IMG/VR virus record: IMGVR_UViG_3300023179_000042
Coordinates: 41,754 to 105,753 of that record
Length of the DNA stretch: 64,000 bases
Source of the DNA: a virus
Reading direction: 5' to 3' (one strand)
The notes beneath the pieces were generated by a model. That model saw nothing but the letters and a program-made list of their open reading frames with translations, was not told the DNA's origin and searched no databases. Position 1 is the stretch's first letter. Each line of letters starts with the position of its first letter. The position numbers were made by a program, and so were the translations under genes. This document shows positions 38,981 to 48,260 of the stretch, piece after piece.

Positions 38981-39934
38981 ATGGCATACACAATTTTAAA
39001 CACAAATGGTACCACATTGACACTTTTGCCAAATGGTGAAGTTGATGACCTAACCACAAGTATTTCCTTGGTTGGAAAAAATGTAAATGGTTATGGACAA
39101 TACATTAATAATAACTTTATAAAACTATTAGCAAATTTTGCCAATTCAACTGGAAGCCCGCCAACAAATCCATTAAAAGGTCAAGTATGGTATGATACAA
39201 CTGTAAAGGGACTTAAGGTTTATGATTCGGCTTGGAAAAAAATAAGTGGAGCAACCGTATCTGATACTTTGCCATCAAATTTAGGAACAGGGGATCTATG
39301 GTTTGATACAAATAATAGTCAGCTTAGAGTTGTTCTCGGAACTAGCAGTTTTGTCATTGGCCCTAGTATCTCATCCAAATTTGGTGAAGTTGGACTCACA
39401 GTACCTAGCACAACAATAAAAGATACAAACAATGGTGCGTTACAAATTTCATTAATTAAGAATTATGGTAACACCGTTGGTTTTATATCACAATCGAGAA
39501 CTGCGGTCAATGTAACAGATTCAACTTTATATTTTAGTACATCGACCATAAACGCAGTTTCGGGTGTAAATATTTTAGGGGATCTACAAGTTATAGGTCA
39601 AACTAAAATAAAGTATTACTCTATGAGTGTTGATATTGATATTTTAGTTAATGGATCTAATAATAATATAACTGTACCTTCGCAGGTGTTAAATCAAAAT
39701 GCTGCGATATGTGATCTTTTAGAATTTATGTATCCTGTAAAAACTGCTAAATTTTATCGAGAGCCTGGATTACCGTATTTGGCAGAAGCTAGAGTTCTTT
39801 GCCAATATTCTACGCCAACCTCTGGGTATCATGTAAGAAGATTTTATGTTGAAGCAGGTATAAACACAACAACAAATTATTGGAAAGATTATATAACCAC
39901 AGCATCTGGTGCGGTTCTAAATAGGGTGTTTTAA
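38981..39934 (+). CDS. Tail fibre/baseplate paralog
   Basis: Same N-terminal domain (LVGKNVNGYG..NNFIKLLANFA..GQVWYD). Confidence 0.65.
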   Translation: MAYTILNTNGTTLTLLPNGEVDDLTTSISLVGKNVNGYGQYINNNFIKLLANFANSTGSPPTNPLKGQVWYDTTVKGLKVYDSAWKKISGATVSDTLPSNLGTGDLWFDTNNSQLRVVLGTSSFVIGPSISSKFGEVGLTVPSTTIKDTNNGALQISLIKNYGNTVGFISQSRTAVNVTDSTLYFSTSTINAVSGVNILGDLQVIGQTKIKYYSMSVDIDILVNGSNNNITVPSQVLNQNAAICDLLEFMYPVKTAKFYREPGLPYLAEARVLCQYSTPTSGYHVRRFYVEAGINTTTNYWKDYITTASGAVLNRVF

Positions 39935-39943
39935 GGAAGAACA

Positions 39944-40960
39944 ATGGCCTACGATATTCAAAAGAGCGACGGTACAACACTTGTAATACTTGAAGAAGGA
40001 TTTGTAGATAATTCTACAAGTTTAACACTGGTTGGTAAGAATGTAGTAGGATACGGTTTTGCTCAAAACGAAAATTTTTTACATTTGTTGGAAAATTTTG
40101 CTAACACAGATTCTCCATCAACGCCAATAGATGGACAATTATGGTTTGATAAAACATCAGGGGTACTTAGATTAAAGTTATATGATGGTAGCGACTGGCA
40201 TCAATTATCATCAATTAAATTAGAAAATACAAGTCCAACGACTCAGCAAGCCGGCGATTTTTGGTGGGATACTGATAACTCAATTTTAAAATTTTTAACC
40301 AGTGATGGCTATGTTTCAATTGGACCAACTGAAGCGGTATCGTCAGCTGTGAGATTGTCGACTGCTAGAAAAATTAATAATGTTGATTTTGACGGAACGC
40401 AGGATATTACAATTACAGCAAATACAGCAAATGAATTAATAAAAGGACGATATCTTACTGGATCTAATTTTAATGGCTCACAGGAAGTTACACTAGCTGT
40501 TGATGTGGGAACTGTAAGTTCTGCTGATCCAGGTAAGGTTGTTGCTCGAGATAGCGCCGGCGATATTTGGTATTCAGTTGGACACGGTGTTTCTACACAA
40601 GCTCGATATGCCGATCTTGCTGAAAAATATCTGGCCGATAAAGAATACGAAATTGGTACGGTGATATCAGTGGGCGGAGAAAAAGAAGTTACTGCGTCAT
40701 CGTGGGGCGATAGAGCAATAGGTGTTGTAAGTGGTAACCCTGGGTATATGATGAATAGTGAACTTGAAGGTGGTACCTATATTGCTCTTAAAGGTCGTGT
40801 CCCTGTAAAAGTTACCGGTGTTATCCGTAAAAAGCAAGGATTAATTGCCGCTAACAACGGAAGAGCCGTGGCAGGTGTATATCATTCGAATGAGGTATTT
40901 GCTATTGCTTTAGAAGATAGTGACGGAACAAAAGATACCATCGAAGCAATTATATTATAA
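39944..40960 (+). CDS. Tail fibre paralog with C-terminal chaperone-like domain
   Basis: Shared N-terminal domain; ARKINNVDFDGTQDI fibre motif; YADLAEKY...IALKGRVPVKV C-terminus. Confidence 0.7.
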   Translation: MAYDIQKSDGTTLVILEEGFVDNSTSLTLVGKNVVGYGFAQNENFLHLLENFANTDSPSTPIDGQLWFDKTSGVLRLKLYDGSDWHQLSSIKLENTSPTTQQAGDFWWDTDNSILKFLTSDGYVSIGPTEAVSSAVRLSTARKINNVDFDGTQDITITANTANELIKGRYLTGSNFNGSQEVTLAVDVGTVSSADPGKVVARDSAGDIWYSVGHGVSTQARYADLAEKYLADKEYEIGTVISVGGEKEVTASSWGDRAIGVVSGNPGYMMNSELEGGTYIALKGRVPVKVTGVIRKKQGLIAANNGRAVAGVYHSNEVFAIALEDSDGTKDTIEAIIL

Positions 40961-40973
40961 TACGGATTAAAAA

Positions 40974-42209
40974 ATGCCTTACATTATTAGAAAAACTAAT
41001 GGACAACAGTTAACAAATATCGGCGATGCTACTCTCGATAATAAAACAGATCTGGCTTTGCCGGGAAGAAATTATGCCGGCTATGGACTTGTAGTCAATG
41101 AGAATTTTGTTAGTTTGCTTGAAAATTTTTCTAATTCCACACAACCAAAGAGGCCTATTCAGGGACAGTTATGGTATAACTCAGATACAAAAAATATTAA
41201 TTTATATGACGGATCTATTTTTAAAAGCCTAGCATCGGTTTTTATTCAAAGTTATGCTCCAACAAATTCACAGACTGGCGACTTATGGTGGGATACAGAT
41301 GCTCAACAATTAAGAGCATTTAATGGTAGTTCGTACACATTGGTAGGACCACCGATTAGTAATACCGCTACTGCGTTTTGGGTATCGGCAGATGTAAACC
41401 CTATACAAGGCGAAGAAGAACTTCAATCATCAATTAGTGTCTTAGAAGGTTATGCCGGCGGCTCAGTTGTTGCAACTATTTCAGATACTACATTTGCGCC
41501 AGATATTTCAAATATTTCAGAAAGTTTTCCAAAAGTATATAAGGGTATAACAATAGCTGGTGCTGACCAAATAACCGGTATATCAGCTAATTCAACAGCG
41601 ACTACTGGTTCGGGTTATTTACTATGGGGAACAGCGGCTCACGCCTTACTAGCAAATACTGCCAGGGCTGCTAATGCTGTTAATGTTATAGGAACTTCCA
41701 CTGGCGGCAGTAACTTTTTTGTTCCATTTGGTGATGCCTCAAGTACAGGTACTGCCGCTATGTATGTTAGCAACCGTTTTTATTTTAATCCGGGTACCAA
41801 TGTTTTATATGCAACAGCAGTACAAGCCGCGTATGCTGATATAGCCGAAAGGTACGAAGCAGATGCGGAATATAGTCCAGGGACTGTATTAATGGTAGGC
41901 GGAGAAAAAGAAGTCACATTGCCTGATGCTCATGCTACCACAGCCGTAGCAGGCGTAGTTTCAACACAGCCTGGATATATGTTAAACAGTGATGCCGGAT
42001 CGGACAGTACTCACCCATTTATAGCATTAAAGGGTCGTGTGCCATGTAAGGTTATTGGACCGGTAAAGAAGGGAGATTTGCTCGTTGCTTCGGGACAAAA
42101 TCCAGGTTCTGCTGTTAAAATGCTACCAACAGATAATCCTCTTTCTGTTGTAGGTAAAGCCTTGGAAGATTTAGATGCCCCGGCAGGGATTATTGAAATA
42201 AAAGTTTAA
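40974..42209 (+). CDS. Tail fibre paralog with C-terminal chaperone-like domain
   Basis: Shared N-terminal domain; YADIAERY...IALKGRVPCKV C-terminus. Confidence 0.7.
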   Translation: MPYIIRKTNGQQLTNIGDATLDNKTDLALPGRNYAGYGLVVNENFVSLLENFSNSTQPKRPIQGQLWYNSDTKNINLYDGSIFKSLASVFIQSYAPTNSQTGDLWWDTDAQQLRAFNGSSYTLVGPPISNTATAFWVSADVNPIQGEEELQSSISVLEGYAGGSVVATISDTTFAPDISNISESFPKVYKGITIAGADQITGISANSTATTGSGYLLWGTAAHALLANTARAANAVNVIGTSTGGSNFFVPFGDASSTGTAAMYVSNRFYFNPGTNVLYATAVQAAYADIAERYEADAEYSPGTVLMVGGEKEVTLPDAHATTAVAGVVSTQPGYMLNSDAGSDSTHPFIALKGRVPCKVIGPVKKGDLLVASGQNPGSAVKMLPTDNPLSVVGKALEDLDAPAGIIEIKV

Positions 42210-43093
42210 ACAGCCATTGATGCTTTAATAGCATCGTGACTCTTATAATTTTCTAATTCAATATCCTCCATTGTAAAATCTGTAATAGTTTTTACTGAAG
42301 GATTAAGTTTTAATGTTGCCAAATCGAATGGCTTTCTTGCAAGCTGCTCTTTGACCTGCTCAATGTGATTGCTGTAGATATGAGCATCGCCTAACACAAT
42401 AACAAGTTCCCCAACATCAAGGTCACATGCCTGTGCTATCATATGTGTGAACAAGGCGTAAGAAGCGATATTAAATGGCACTCCAAGAAACATGTCTGCG
42501 CTTCGTTGATACATTTGACAACTTAATTTTTTATCTGAGCTGACATAAAATTGTGCCATCATATGGCACGGAGGCAACGCCATATAATCTAACTCGCCGG
42601 GATTCCATGCTGAAATGATATGTCTGCGACTAGTTGGATCCTTTTTAATACCGTTAACAAGCTCAAGTAGCTGGTCATGATTTTGTAGAACAACTTTATT
42701 AATACGAACTACAGGCCTACGCCACCGGCGCCACTGAACTCCGTAGATTCGACCAAGGTCACCCGGATGCCTTTGCATTCTTTTCTTTGTCCAGTATTCG
42801 GCAGTTGCGTTTTCAGTCCATATAGTTTTCTTATCTGAATAGCGTTCACCATGGAGAATTTCTCGGAGTCTGAACTCATCGCCACTGCCTTCAATAAACC
42901 AGAGTAGTTCCGATACTACAGCACGCCACGCTAATTTTTTTGTAGTTAACGCAGGAAATCCTTTACTTAGGTCAAATTTAAGTTGAATACCGAACAAACT
43001 TTTTGTGCCGACGCCGGTACGATCACTTCTGTCTTCCCCGTTTTCTAAAATGTTTTTTAAGGCATCTAAATATACTTGTTCTGATTTATTCAT
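42206..43093 (-). CDS. thyA: Thymidylate synthase
   Basis: DRTGVGT, ELLWF, ALPPCH, YQRSADMFLGVPFNIASY and DAHIY motifs. Confidence 0.97.
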   Translation of the reverse strand: MNKSEQVYLDALKNILENGEDRSDRTGVGTKSLFGIQLKFDLSKGFPALTTKKLAWRAVVSELLWFIEGSGDEFRLREILHGERYSDKKTIWTENATAEYWTKKRMQRHPGDLGRIYGVQWRRWRRPVVRINKVVLQNHDQLLELVNGIKKDPTSRRHIISAWNPGELDYMALPPCHMMAQFYVSSDKKLSCQMYQRSADMFLGVPFNIASYALFTHMIAQACDLDVGELVIVLGDAHIYSNHIEQVKEQLARKPFDLATLKLNPSVKTITDFTMEDIELENYKSHDAIKASMAV

Positions 43094-43107
43094 AATAATA
43101 GTTTATA

Positions 43108-43141
43108 TATGAGATTGGGGCTGTTACGCCCCAATCTCATA
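43108..43141 (-). terminator. 14-bp stem-loop between ORF 43152-43784 and thyA (terminator or processing stem)
   Basis: TATGAGATTGGGGC / GCCCCAATCTCATA perfect inverted repeat with 6-nt loop; no clear U-tract. Confidence 0.5.
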
Positions 43142-43151
43142 CGGTCAATAA

Positions 43152-43784
43152 TTAAACTTTTTCCTTGACCTTTGCGGTCTTCTTAGGAGGATCAAGCTCG
43201 TCGGCCTGACGACGAAGAGATTGTGCTTCTTTAAAAAGTTTATCAGCCTTTGATCGAAGTTGGGTAGCTGTTACAGGTTCATCAGCAACATCAACAATCT
43301 GAGCAACTTCAGTAATTTCTGTTTCGCTGCCATCCTCGTTTACACTAACACTTGATGTTTTAGTGACATCGTCTTTAGGTCGAGATGTTTTCTTATGTTG
43401 CTTATCTTCCTTAACTGCAAGATCATCAATACTAACACCTTTTTGTTCGGCAATCAGCATATTCAATTCGTCTAATTGAACTGATGTTTGTGGGGTAGGA
43501 GTAACCATTACACCGCTAGTTGCTACCTTTTTAAGAAACCCACGAGTGTGGAGCCATGTTAGCATGTTAGAACCATCGGGAAAATTTCTAACGGCTAAGA
43601 TGTCGGCCAGCTCCCAAGCAGTCTGTGTGCCTTCTTCTTCCAAGATACGCATAAGAGAATCATGGTAAGCCGCTCCAAGATTGCCTGTGCCAATTACTAA
43701 GGCGCTCAACGGATCGCCAGGTAAAGTACGGTACGCAATGGCAACTTTTGCGCCGTTATTTTTCATTTTTCCCACATGTTTCAT
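43152..43784 (-). CDS. Hypothetical protein
   Basis: ORF with AGGAG SD. Confidence 0.75.
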   Translation of the reverse strand: MKHVGKMKNNGAKVAIAYRTLPGDPLSALVIGTGNLGAAYHDSLMRILEEEGTQTAWELADILAVRNFPDGSNMLTWLHTRGFLKKVATSGVMVTPTPQTSVQLDELNMLIAEQKGVSIDDLAVKEDKQHKKTSRPKDDVTKTSSVSVNEDGSETEITEVAQIVDVADEPVTATQLRSKADKLFKEAQSLRRQADELDPPKKTAKVKEKV

Positions 43785-43796
43785 GTGATTCTCCTT

Positions 43797-44045
43797 TTAG
43801 GCTGTTGGTCGTTGACCTTCTTGATTAGCCGGGGTCTGTGCCGGAGCAACAGCATTCAAAAATTTATCAAGTCTATCAAAGACTGCGCCAACAGATGTCA
43901 TTTCGTTTGCGCCAAAGGCACCGCGACGGCTTGCTACATCAAGCACGGTTCTTAGATTTTGTAGGTCGGCTACGCTTAATTGAGGTTGTTCTTGAGCAGG
44001 AACATCACCACCTACCGGTTCTGTAACTTGAGCTTCGTTTTCCAT
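43797..44045 (-). CDS. Small hypothetical phage protein
   Basis: Likely start MENEAQ; LDVASRRGAF motif. Confidence 0.7.
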   Translation of the reverse strand: MENEAQVTEPVGGDVPAQEQPQLSVADLQNLRTVLDVASRRGAFGANEMTSVGAVFDRLDKFLNAVAPAQTPANQEGQRPTA

Positions 44046-44046
44046 A

Positions 44047-44343
44047 TTAATATTTTTCCTTGTTAATATCATGTAAAATTGGACATCCTAATGTTAGCAT
44101 TAAGATCTCTTTAGGATCCTCGATGCCAACCTCTATTACTTCAGACATCTTTTTACTTTTGTCTAAAATAATAGATCTCTTAAGGCTGTACCTACTATTT
44201 AAATTATAGTTAATCCAGTGATCGAGCAGTTTGATATCGGCTGTATTAGATATTGTAATCCTTTTAAAGTGCTCCGGAATAAAACTTAAACGCCTTAGTC
44301 CGAGAACACTTAAAGGATTAAGCTCACTTCTACTCAATGACAT
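44047..44343 (-). CDS. Hypothetical protein
   Basis: ORF with GGTAG SD-like sequence, packed in operon. Confidence 0.65.
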   Translation of the reverse strand: MSLSRSELNPLSVLGLRRLSFIPEHFKRITISNTADIKLLDHWINYNLNSRYSLKRSIILDKSKKMSEVIEVGIEDPKEILMLTLGCPILHDINKEKY

Positions 44344-44354
44344 TAACTACCTAC

Positions 44355-45599
44355 TTATTTATAATGTGCAGTTTGGCCGAATGGCGAAATTATGCTGTCG
44401 TTTCCGTGGACAATAAACAGGGTTTCGCAGTAGTCTTCGTCGCCCCAAGATCCACAAGGATATCCGTCGGTAAACATAATAAAACGCTTTGGACGAATAT
44501 CGTTTTCTTCCATAAAACGCCAATTTGCTTCAAAATCAGTGCCGCCACCACCCATACATTTGTAGTCGTTAATTTCATCTGCGTTATCGCCGGTAAATTG
44601 TTGATAGTTATAGATTTCAGTATCAAAGCACCAGATATCCAGTTTGAAGTCAACATACTCGTCCATAATGCCTTTGACCTCACTAAGGAAATCTTTTGCT
44701 TGGGTATCACTGATACTACCACTCATGTCAATAGCAACACTAACATCGATGGTTTCTTCGTTAAGCATTCCGGGAAGTACAGCACCCGTATGTTGGCTCT
44801 TACGATTTGGACGATTAAAGCTATAGTTACTCTTAAGAATGCTTTGAATACTCATACGCAAAAGTTGTCGCCAATCCATCTTTGGCTCAGTAAAATCCTT
44901 TATCATACGAGCGATGCCAGCAGGCACACGACCGGCGCCAGCAGCCTGTGCGGCCGCTACCACAGCTTCTTTAATTTCATCGCGGATTTGCTTACGTTCT
45001 TCGGCAGTTAATCGAGGCCGACCTTTGCCATCTTTTTTATCATCACCGTCACCGTCACCGCCTTCGCCGTCAAGATGTTCGTCGAGCAATTCACCTAAAG
45101 CGCTCATATCAATCTTGACCGCCTTTTCAAACACATCGGCATAAATTTGCTCGTAGCTCCAACCGCGGTATTTGTTGTCTTGGAAAATTTTAATCCAATC
45201 AGGAACACTACCAATTTTTTCATCGTGAAGAATTTGGTTAGCGGCATAGTCTGCGGCAATATTGCTCAATTGAGGATCGCGACTTTCACGTCGACCCATA
45301 TGATCGAAGACATTATGGAGAACTTCGTGAGCAAAACCGAATTCAGTTTCTTTAGGAGTAAGACGATGAACAAAGTCGTTATTGTAATAGAAATGGCGGC
45401 CGTCGGTAGCCAAAGTAGCGCACCAGTCAGTGGCATCAACCAATTTGAGACGAGTGGCTAGATTTCCAAAAAATGGATGACGCAGTAGAAGGCCAATACG
45501 AGCCGTGGTAAGTTTTTCTACAATTTTATTTTTTTCATCTCGTGTAAAGTTGCGAGGTTCAAATTTCTTTGTCTTTTCAGACTTCATTACTTCGCTCAT
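44355..45599 (-). CDS. Metallopeptidase-vWA domain protein (DUF2201-like)
   Basis: HEVLH zincin motif; MIDAS DMSGS, GGGGTDF and FTDG. Confidence 0.88.
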   Translation of the reverse strand: MSEVMKSEKTKKFEPRNFTRDEKNKIVEKLTTARIGLLLRHPFFGNLATRLKLVDATDWCATLATDGRHFYYNNDFVHRLTPKETEFGFAHEVLHNVFDHMGRRESRDPQLSNIAADYAANQILHDEKIGSVPDWIKIFQDNKYRGWSYEQIYADVFEKAVKIDMSALGELLDEHLDGEGGDGDGDDKKDGKGRPRLTAEERKQIRDEIKEAVVAAAQAAGAGRVPAGIARMIKDFTEPKMDWRQLLRMSIQSILKSNYSFNRPNRKSQHTGAVLPGMLNEETIDVSVAIDMSGSISDTQAKDFLSEVKGIMDEYVDFKLDIWCFDTEIYNYQQFTGDNADEINDYKCMGGGGTDFEANWRFMEENDIRPKRFIMFTDGYPCGSWGDEDYCETLFIVHGNDSIISPFGQTAHYK

Positions 45600-45625
45600 A
45601 GTGCTTCCTCAAAGTTGATTGTATT

Positions 45626-45654
45626 ATTATACACGATTGGTAAAACAATTACAA
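45626..45654 (-). promoter_or_regulatory. Sigma70-like promoter for vWA gene
   Basis: TTGTAA-N17-TATAAT. Confidence 0.65.
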
Positions 45655-45656
45655 GT

Positions 45657-45682
45657 GAAAATGGGCAGTTTCCTGCCCATTT
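45657..45682 (-). terminator. Intrinsic terminator after AAA gene
   Basis: AAATGGGCAG-GAAA-CTGCCCATTT stem with GAAA loop running into a short T run. Confidence 0.65.
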
Positions 45683-45684
45683 AT

Positions 45685-46767
45685 TTACTGCTCCATGGCA
45701 ACGATAACATACTTTCCGTATTTTTCGTAGAACTTATCGAAGTTAGCCAGTTTGCTAGAATCAAACGGAAGTTGATAGTTCGCAATAGCGACTTTGGCAC
45801 CCATAACTACAAGTTCGGTTGGGAAATTGTCCATCATAAAACCAAAGAAGTTATCAGCAAGGCCGTCCCAATCTTTAACTTTCTTTTCGTAGGCGCTTTG
45901 AAGCTCGTAGCACATACTAACAGTCAAAGAGTACATGGCCGAAATTTCTTTAATATCGGCTTTCTTAACTTTGCCATTCAAAATGTCTTCGGGCTTAGGC
46001 ATCTGCTTGGCAACCTTGCGGTGAGCCATAAACTTAACAGCAAGGCCTTCACCAACAGCACCTGCGACCAGATCGGTCAGCGTGTTCTCCGGAAGGTCGT
46101 CATCTTCCAACAGGTCACTGACAAATGACCAGCTACGGGGAGTAGCAAAAGAACGAGAGCTAGACTTAGGATCGAAGTCATATAGATCTTGTTTGGCAAA
46201 ACTCAAATAACCAACAACCTGCTCATGAACACGATTGTTGGTGGCCCAATTGAGCCAATCGTCAAAATCGGTCTTCAGTTCCAAATGTAGGAAGCGGTTT
46301 GCCAACGGAGCAGGCATACGATAGGTAACACCTTTGTCAGCTTCACGGTTACCTGCGGCAACGATGCTGACGCCTGTTGGCAGGATGTAAGTACCAACAC
46401 GGCGATTAAGAATAAGTTGATAAGCAGCCGCTTGAGTGGCAGGAGCCGCAGAATTCAACTCGTCCAAAAACAGAATACTGTTATCTTCTGGATCCGTAGG
46501 CAGTTCAGCCGGCGGAGCCCAAGTCATAGTATTAAGATCGGAATTGTAATAAGGAATACCCTTAATGTCAGTAGGTTCCCAAAGGCTCAAACGAACATCA
46601 ATAACATTTCGGCCTTGTTCTTCGCCAATTTGTTTAACAATGTCGGACTTGCCAATTCCGGGAGGACCCCACATAAAAACAGGGCGCTGAATTTTGATAC
46701 ACTTGCGAAGACTACGCTTCGCATCGCTCGGGCTAACAGTACGATTGCCGCTAATTTGTTCTGCCAT
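45685..46767 (-). CDS. MoxR-like AAA+ ATPase
   Basis: Walker A GPPGIGKS, Walker B LFLDELN, AAGNR, PLANRF and TPRSW motifs. Confidence 0.92.
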   Translation of the reverse strand: MAEQISGNRTVSPSDAKRSLRKCIKIQRPVFMWGPPGIGKSDIVKQIGEEQGRNVIDVRLSLWEPTDIKGIPYYNSDLNTMTWAPPAELPTDPEDNSILFLDELNSAAPATQAAAYQLILNRRVGTYILPTGVSIVAAGNREADKGVTYRMPAPLANRFLHLELKTDFDDWLNWATNNRVHEQVVGYLSFAKQDLYDFDPKSSSRSFATPRSWSFVSDLLEDDDLPENTLTDLVAGAVGEGLAVKFMAHRKVAKQMPKPEDILNGKVKKADIKEISAMYSLTVSMCYELQSAYEKKVKDWDGLADNFFGFMMDNFPTELVVMGAKVAIANYQLPFDSSKLANFDKFYEKYGKYVIVAMEQ

Positions 46768-46823
46768 TTTATGCTTCCAAAAAAGTGTTTAAAAACTATG
46801 CTGAACCGTTTCAGCATGTTATT

Positions 46824-46852
46824 ATTATAGTTGAAAACACCCTGCGAGTCAA
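46824..46852 (-). promoter_or_regulatory. Near-consensus sigma70 promoter for AAA gene
   Basis: TTGACT-N17-TATAAT; 8-bp inverted repeat ATGCTGAA/TTCAGCAT at 46798-46817 just downstream. Confidence 0.8.
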
Positions 46853-47232
46853 GCAGTTTTTTGTGAATTTTTGGCTTTAATCCGGACAAAATGTTCTATA
46901 TTGCCTTCAAAAAGAACCAATTGTACAGCCATTTTATCGTTAAAAACAAAGATTTCTCTGTTGTTTGCATACCACGGACAATCTATAAATCTGTCCAAAT
47001 ATATTAGTAGTTGATTGTTTACAGTCATAGGATGCTCAAATTTGATCTTATGACTCTTGATGTCAGCTTTGGTTAGGCAATCAAACCCTTGTTCGGTTAG
47101 TCTTAACCCACCTGATTTCTTTTTTCTTGAGCTAACCCACCAAGTGGGTATTGTTTGTCTTACACGCTTATCTGTAGCCTCTAATCCTTGAGATTCAAGA
47201 ACTACTCGGGTAATTTTAGTCTTCAGATCCAT
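46849..47232 (-). CDS. Hypothetical protein
   Basis: GGLRLTEQGF motif; overlaps upstream gene. Confidence 0.7.
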   Translation of the reverse strand: MDLKTKITRVVLESQGLEATDKRVRQTIPTWWVSSRKKKSGGLRLTEQGFDCLTKADIKSHKIKFEHPMTVNNQLLIYLDRFIDCPWYANNREIFVFNDKMAVQLVLFEGNIEHFVRIKAKNSQKTA

Positions 47233-47515
47233 CTGTAAGTTTTTCTCCTGTTGTCAGTTTGAAAACGGAGAAGTCTTTAGTACCAAACATTTTATTAAGT
47301 TTTTCGGCCAGATTGATAGCGTGACCGGCATTTGAAAAACTAACTTTTTTGTATTTTGGACCTAATGCTTGAACAACAATGCTAGTTGTCTTTAGGTTAA
47401 TTGGTTTATCTTGGTAGAACACAGCCCAAATGGCCTCTGCTTCTAAAACCTGTTCGGTTTTAAAATTCTTTTTATTAGTAATCTCTAATAGAACGTTTGG
47501 CTTTGGTCTACTCAC
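47216..47515 (-). CDS. Hypothetical protein (late promoter upstream)
   Basis: GTG start, AGGAG SD, GATAAATA at 47544-47551. Confidence 0.75.
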   Translation of the reverse strand: MSRPKPNVLLEITNKKNFKTEQVLEAEAIWAVFYQDKPINLKTTSIVVQALGPKYKKVSFSNAGHAINLAEKLNKMFGTKDFSVFKLTTGEKLTDGSED

Positions 47516-47559
47516 AATATACGCTCTCCTAAAAGTGCGTATATATTTATCAAGAAAAT

Positions 47560-47784
47560 TTAGAATTTTCCGCCGTCCATTTTAACCTCAAGTGTACTAG
47601 GTTGGCTGGCCTGAGCTAGGATTTGATCCATTTCTCCAGTTAAGCGTGTCATTACAACACTTAGACTATTCTGAAGATCTGTTGCCTCTTTTAATGTCAA
47701 AACCACTGTTTTTTGATTGGTTTTAATAGCAATTCTGGTCTTATCTAAGAAATCTTCGATGGGTATTGTGTTTAATTGCTTCAT
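47560..47784 (-). CDS. Hypothetical protein
   Basis: ATGA-coupled ORF. Confidence 0.65.
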   Translation of the reverse strand: MKQLNTIPIEDFLDKTRIAIKTNQKTVVLTLKEATDLQNSLSVVMTRLTGEMDQILAQASQPSTLEVKMDGGKF

Positions 47785-48260
47785 GGCTTATTAACTCTTG
47801 AAAGCTGACTTTTCATTTCTTCTTCGGTCTTAAAAGGACCTTTAAATGGATAACGCTCGAGTGTAATTAGTTTTGGACAGAATGCCTTACGCCAACCTTT
47901 GTGAAATTTAATTACATAATAGCCGGCGCAGAAAAGGCTTTTACTTTTTGAACTCTTAGAGTAAAGTGGCAGTTTTTGTTTAATATTATAAACGGGATCG
48001 AATGGTTTACTGCTACAGGGGTAATCGTAGATAACATAAGATTTGGGTGCTGTATCTGGTTTATGCTTTTTGATGCTTTCTTCAAATAACCCAACACCAA
48101 ATTGGCTGTTAATTTCGGCAAGATCTTTAAATGGAATAGCTTTACCGTTTTTAATAAAAACATATCCTTTTTTGGCTTTACTTACGCTACCGATTTTTCT
48201 ATCGTTAGCTTTGATTAACCATTCTTTATTTGGAACTAAAATCTTTGCTGTTGAATTCAT
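47781..48260 (-). CDS. Hypothetical protein
   Basis: ATGA-coupled to rnh; FCAGYY and FCPKLITL motifs. Confidence 0.7.
   Translation of the reverse strand: MNSTAKILVPNKEWLIKANDRKIGSVSKAKKGYVFIKNGKAIPFKDLAEINSQFGVGLFEESIKKHKPDTAPKSYVIYDYPCSSKPFDPVYNIKQKLPLYSKSSKSKSLFCAGYYVIKFHKGWRKAFCPKLITLERYPFKGPFKTEEEMKSQLSRVNKP

Noticed and set aside
44337-46830. Long plus-strand ORFs (44337-45011, 45619-46128, 46417-46830)
   Set aside because: Antisense shadows of the vWA and AAA genes, with no SD or recognisable motifs
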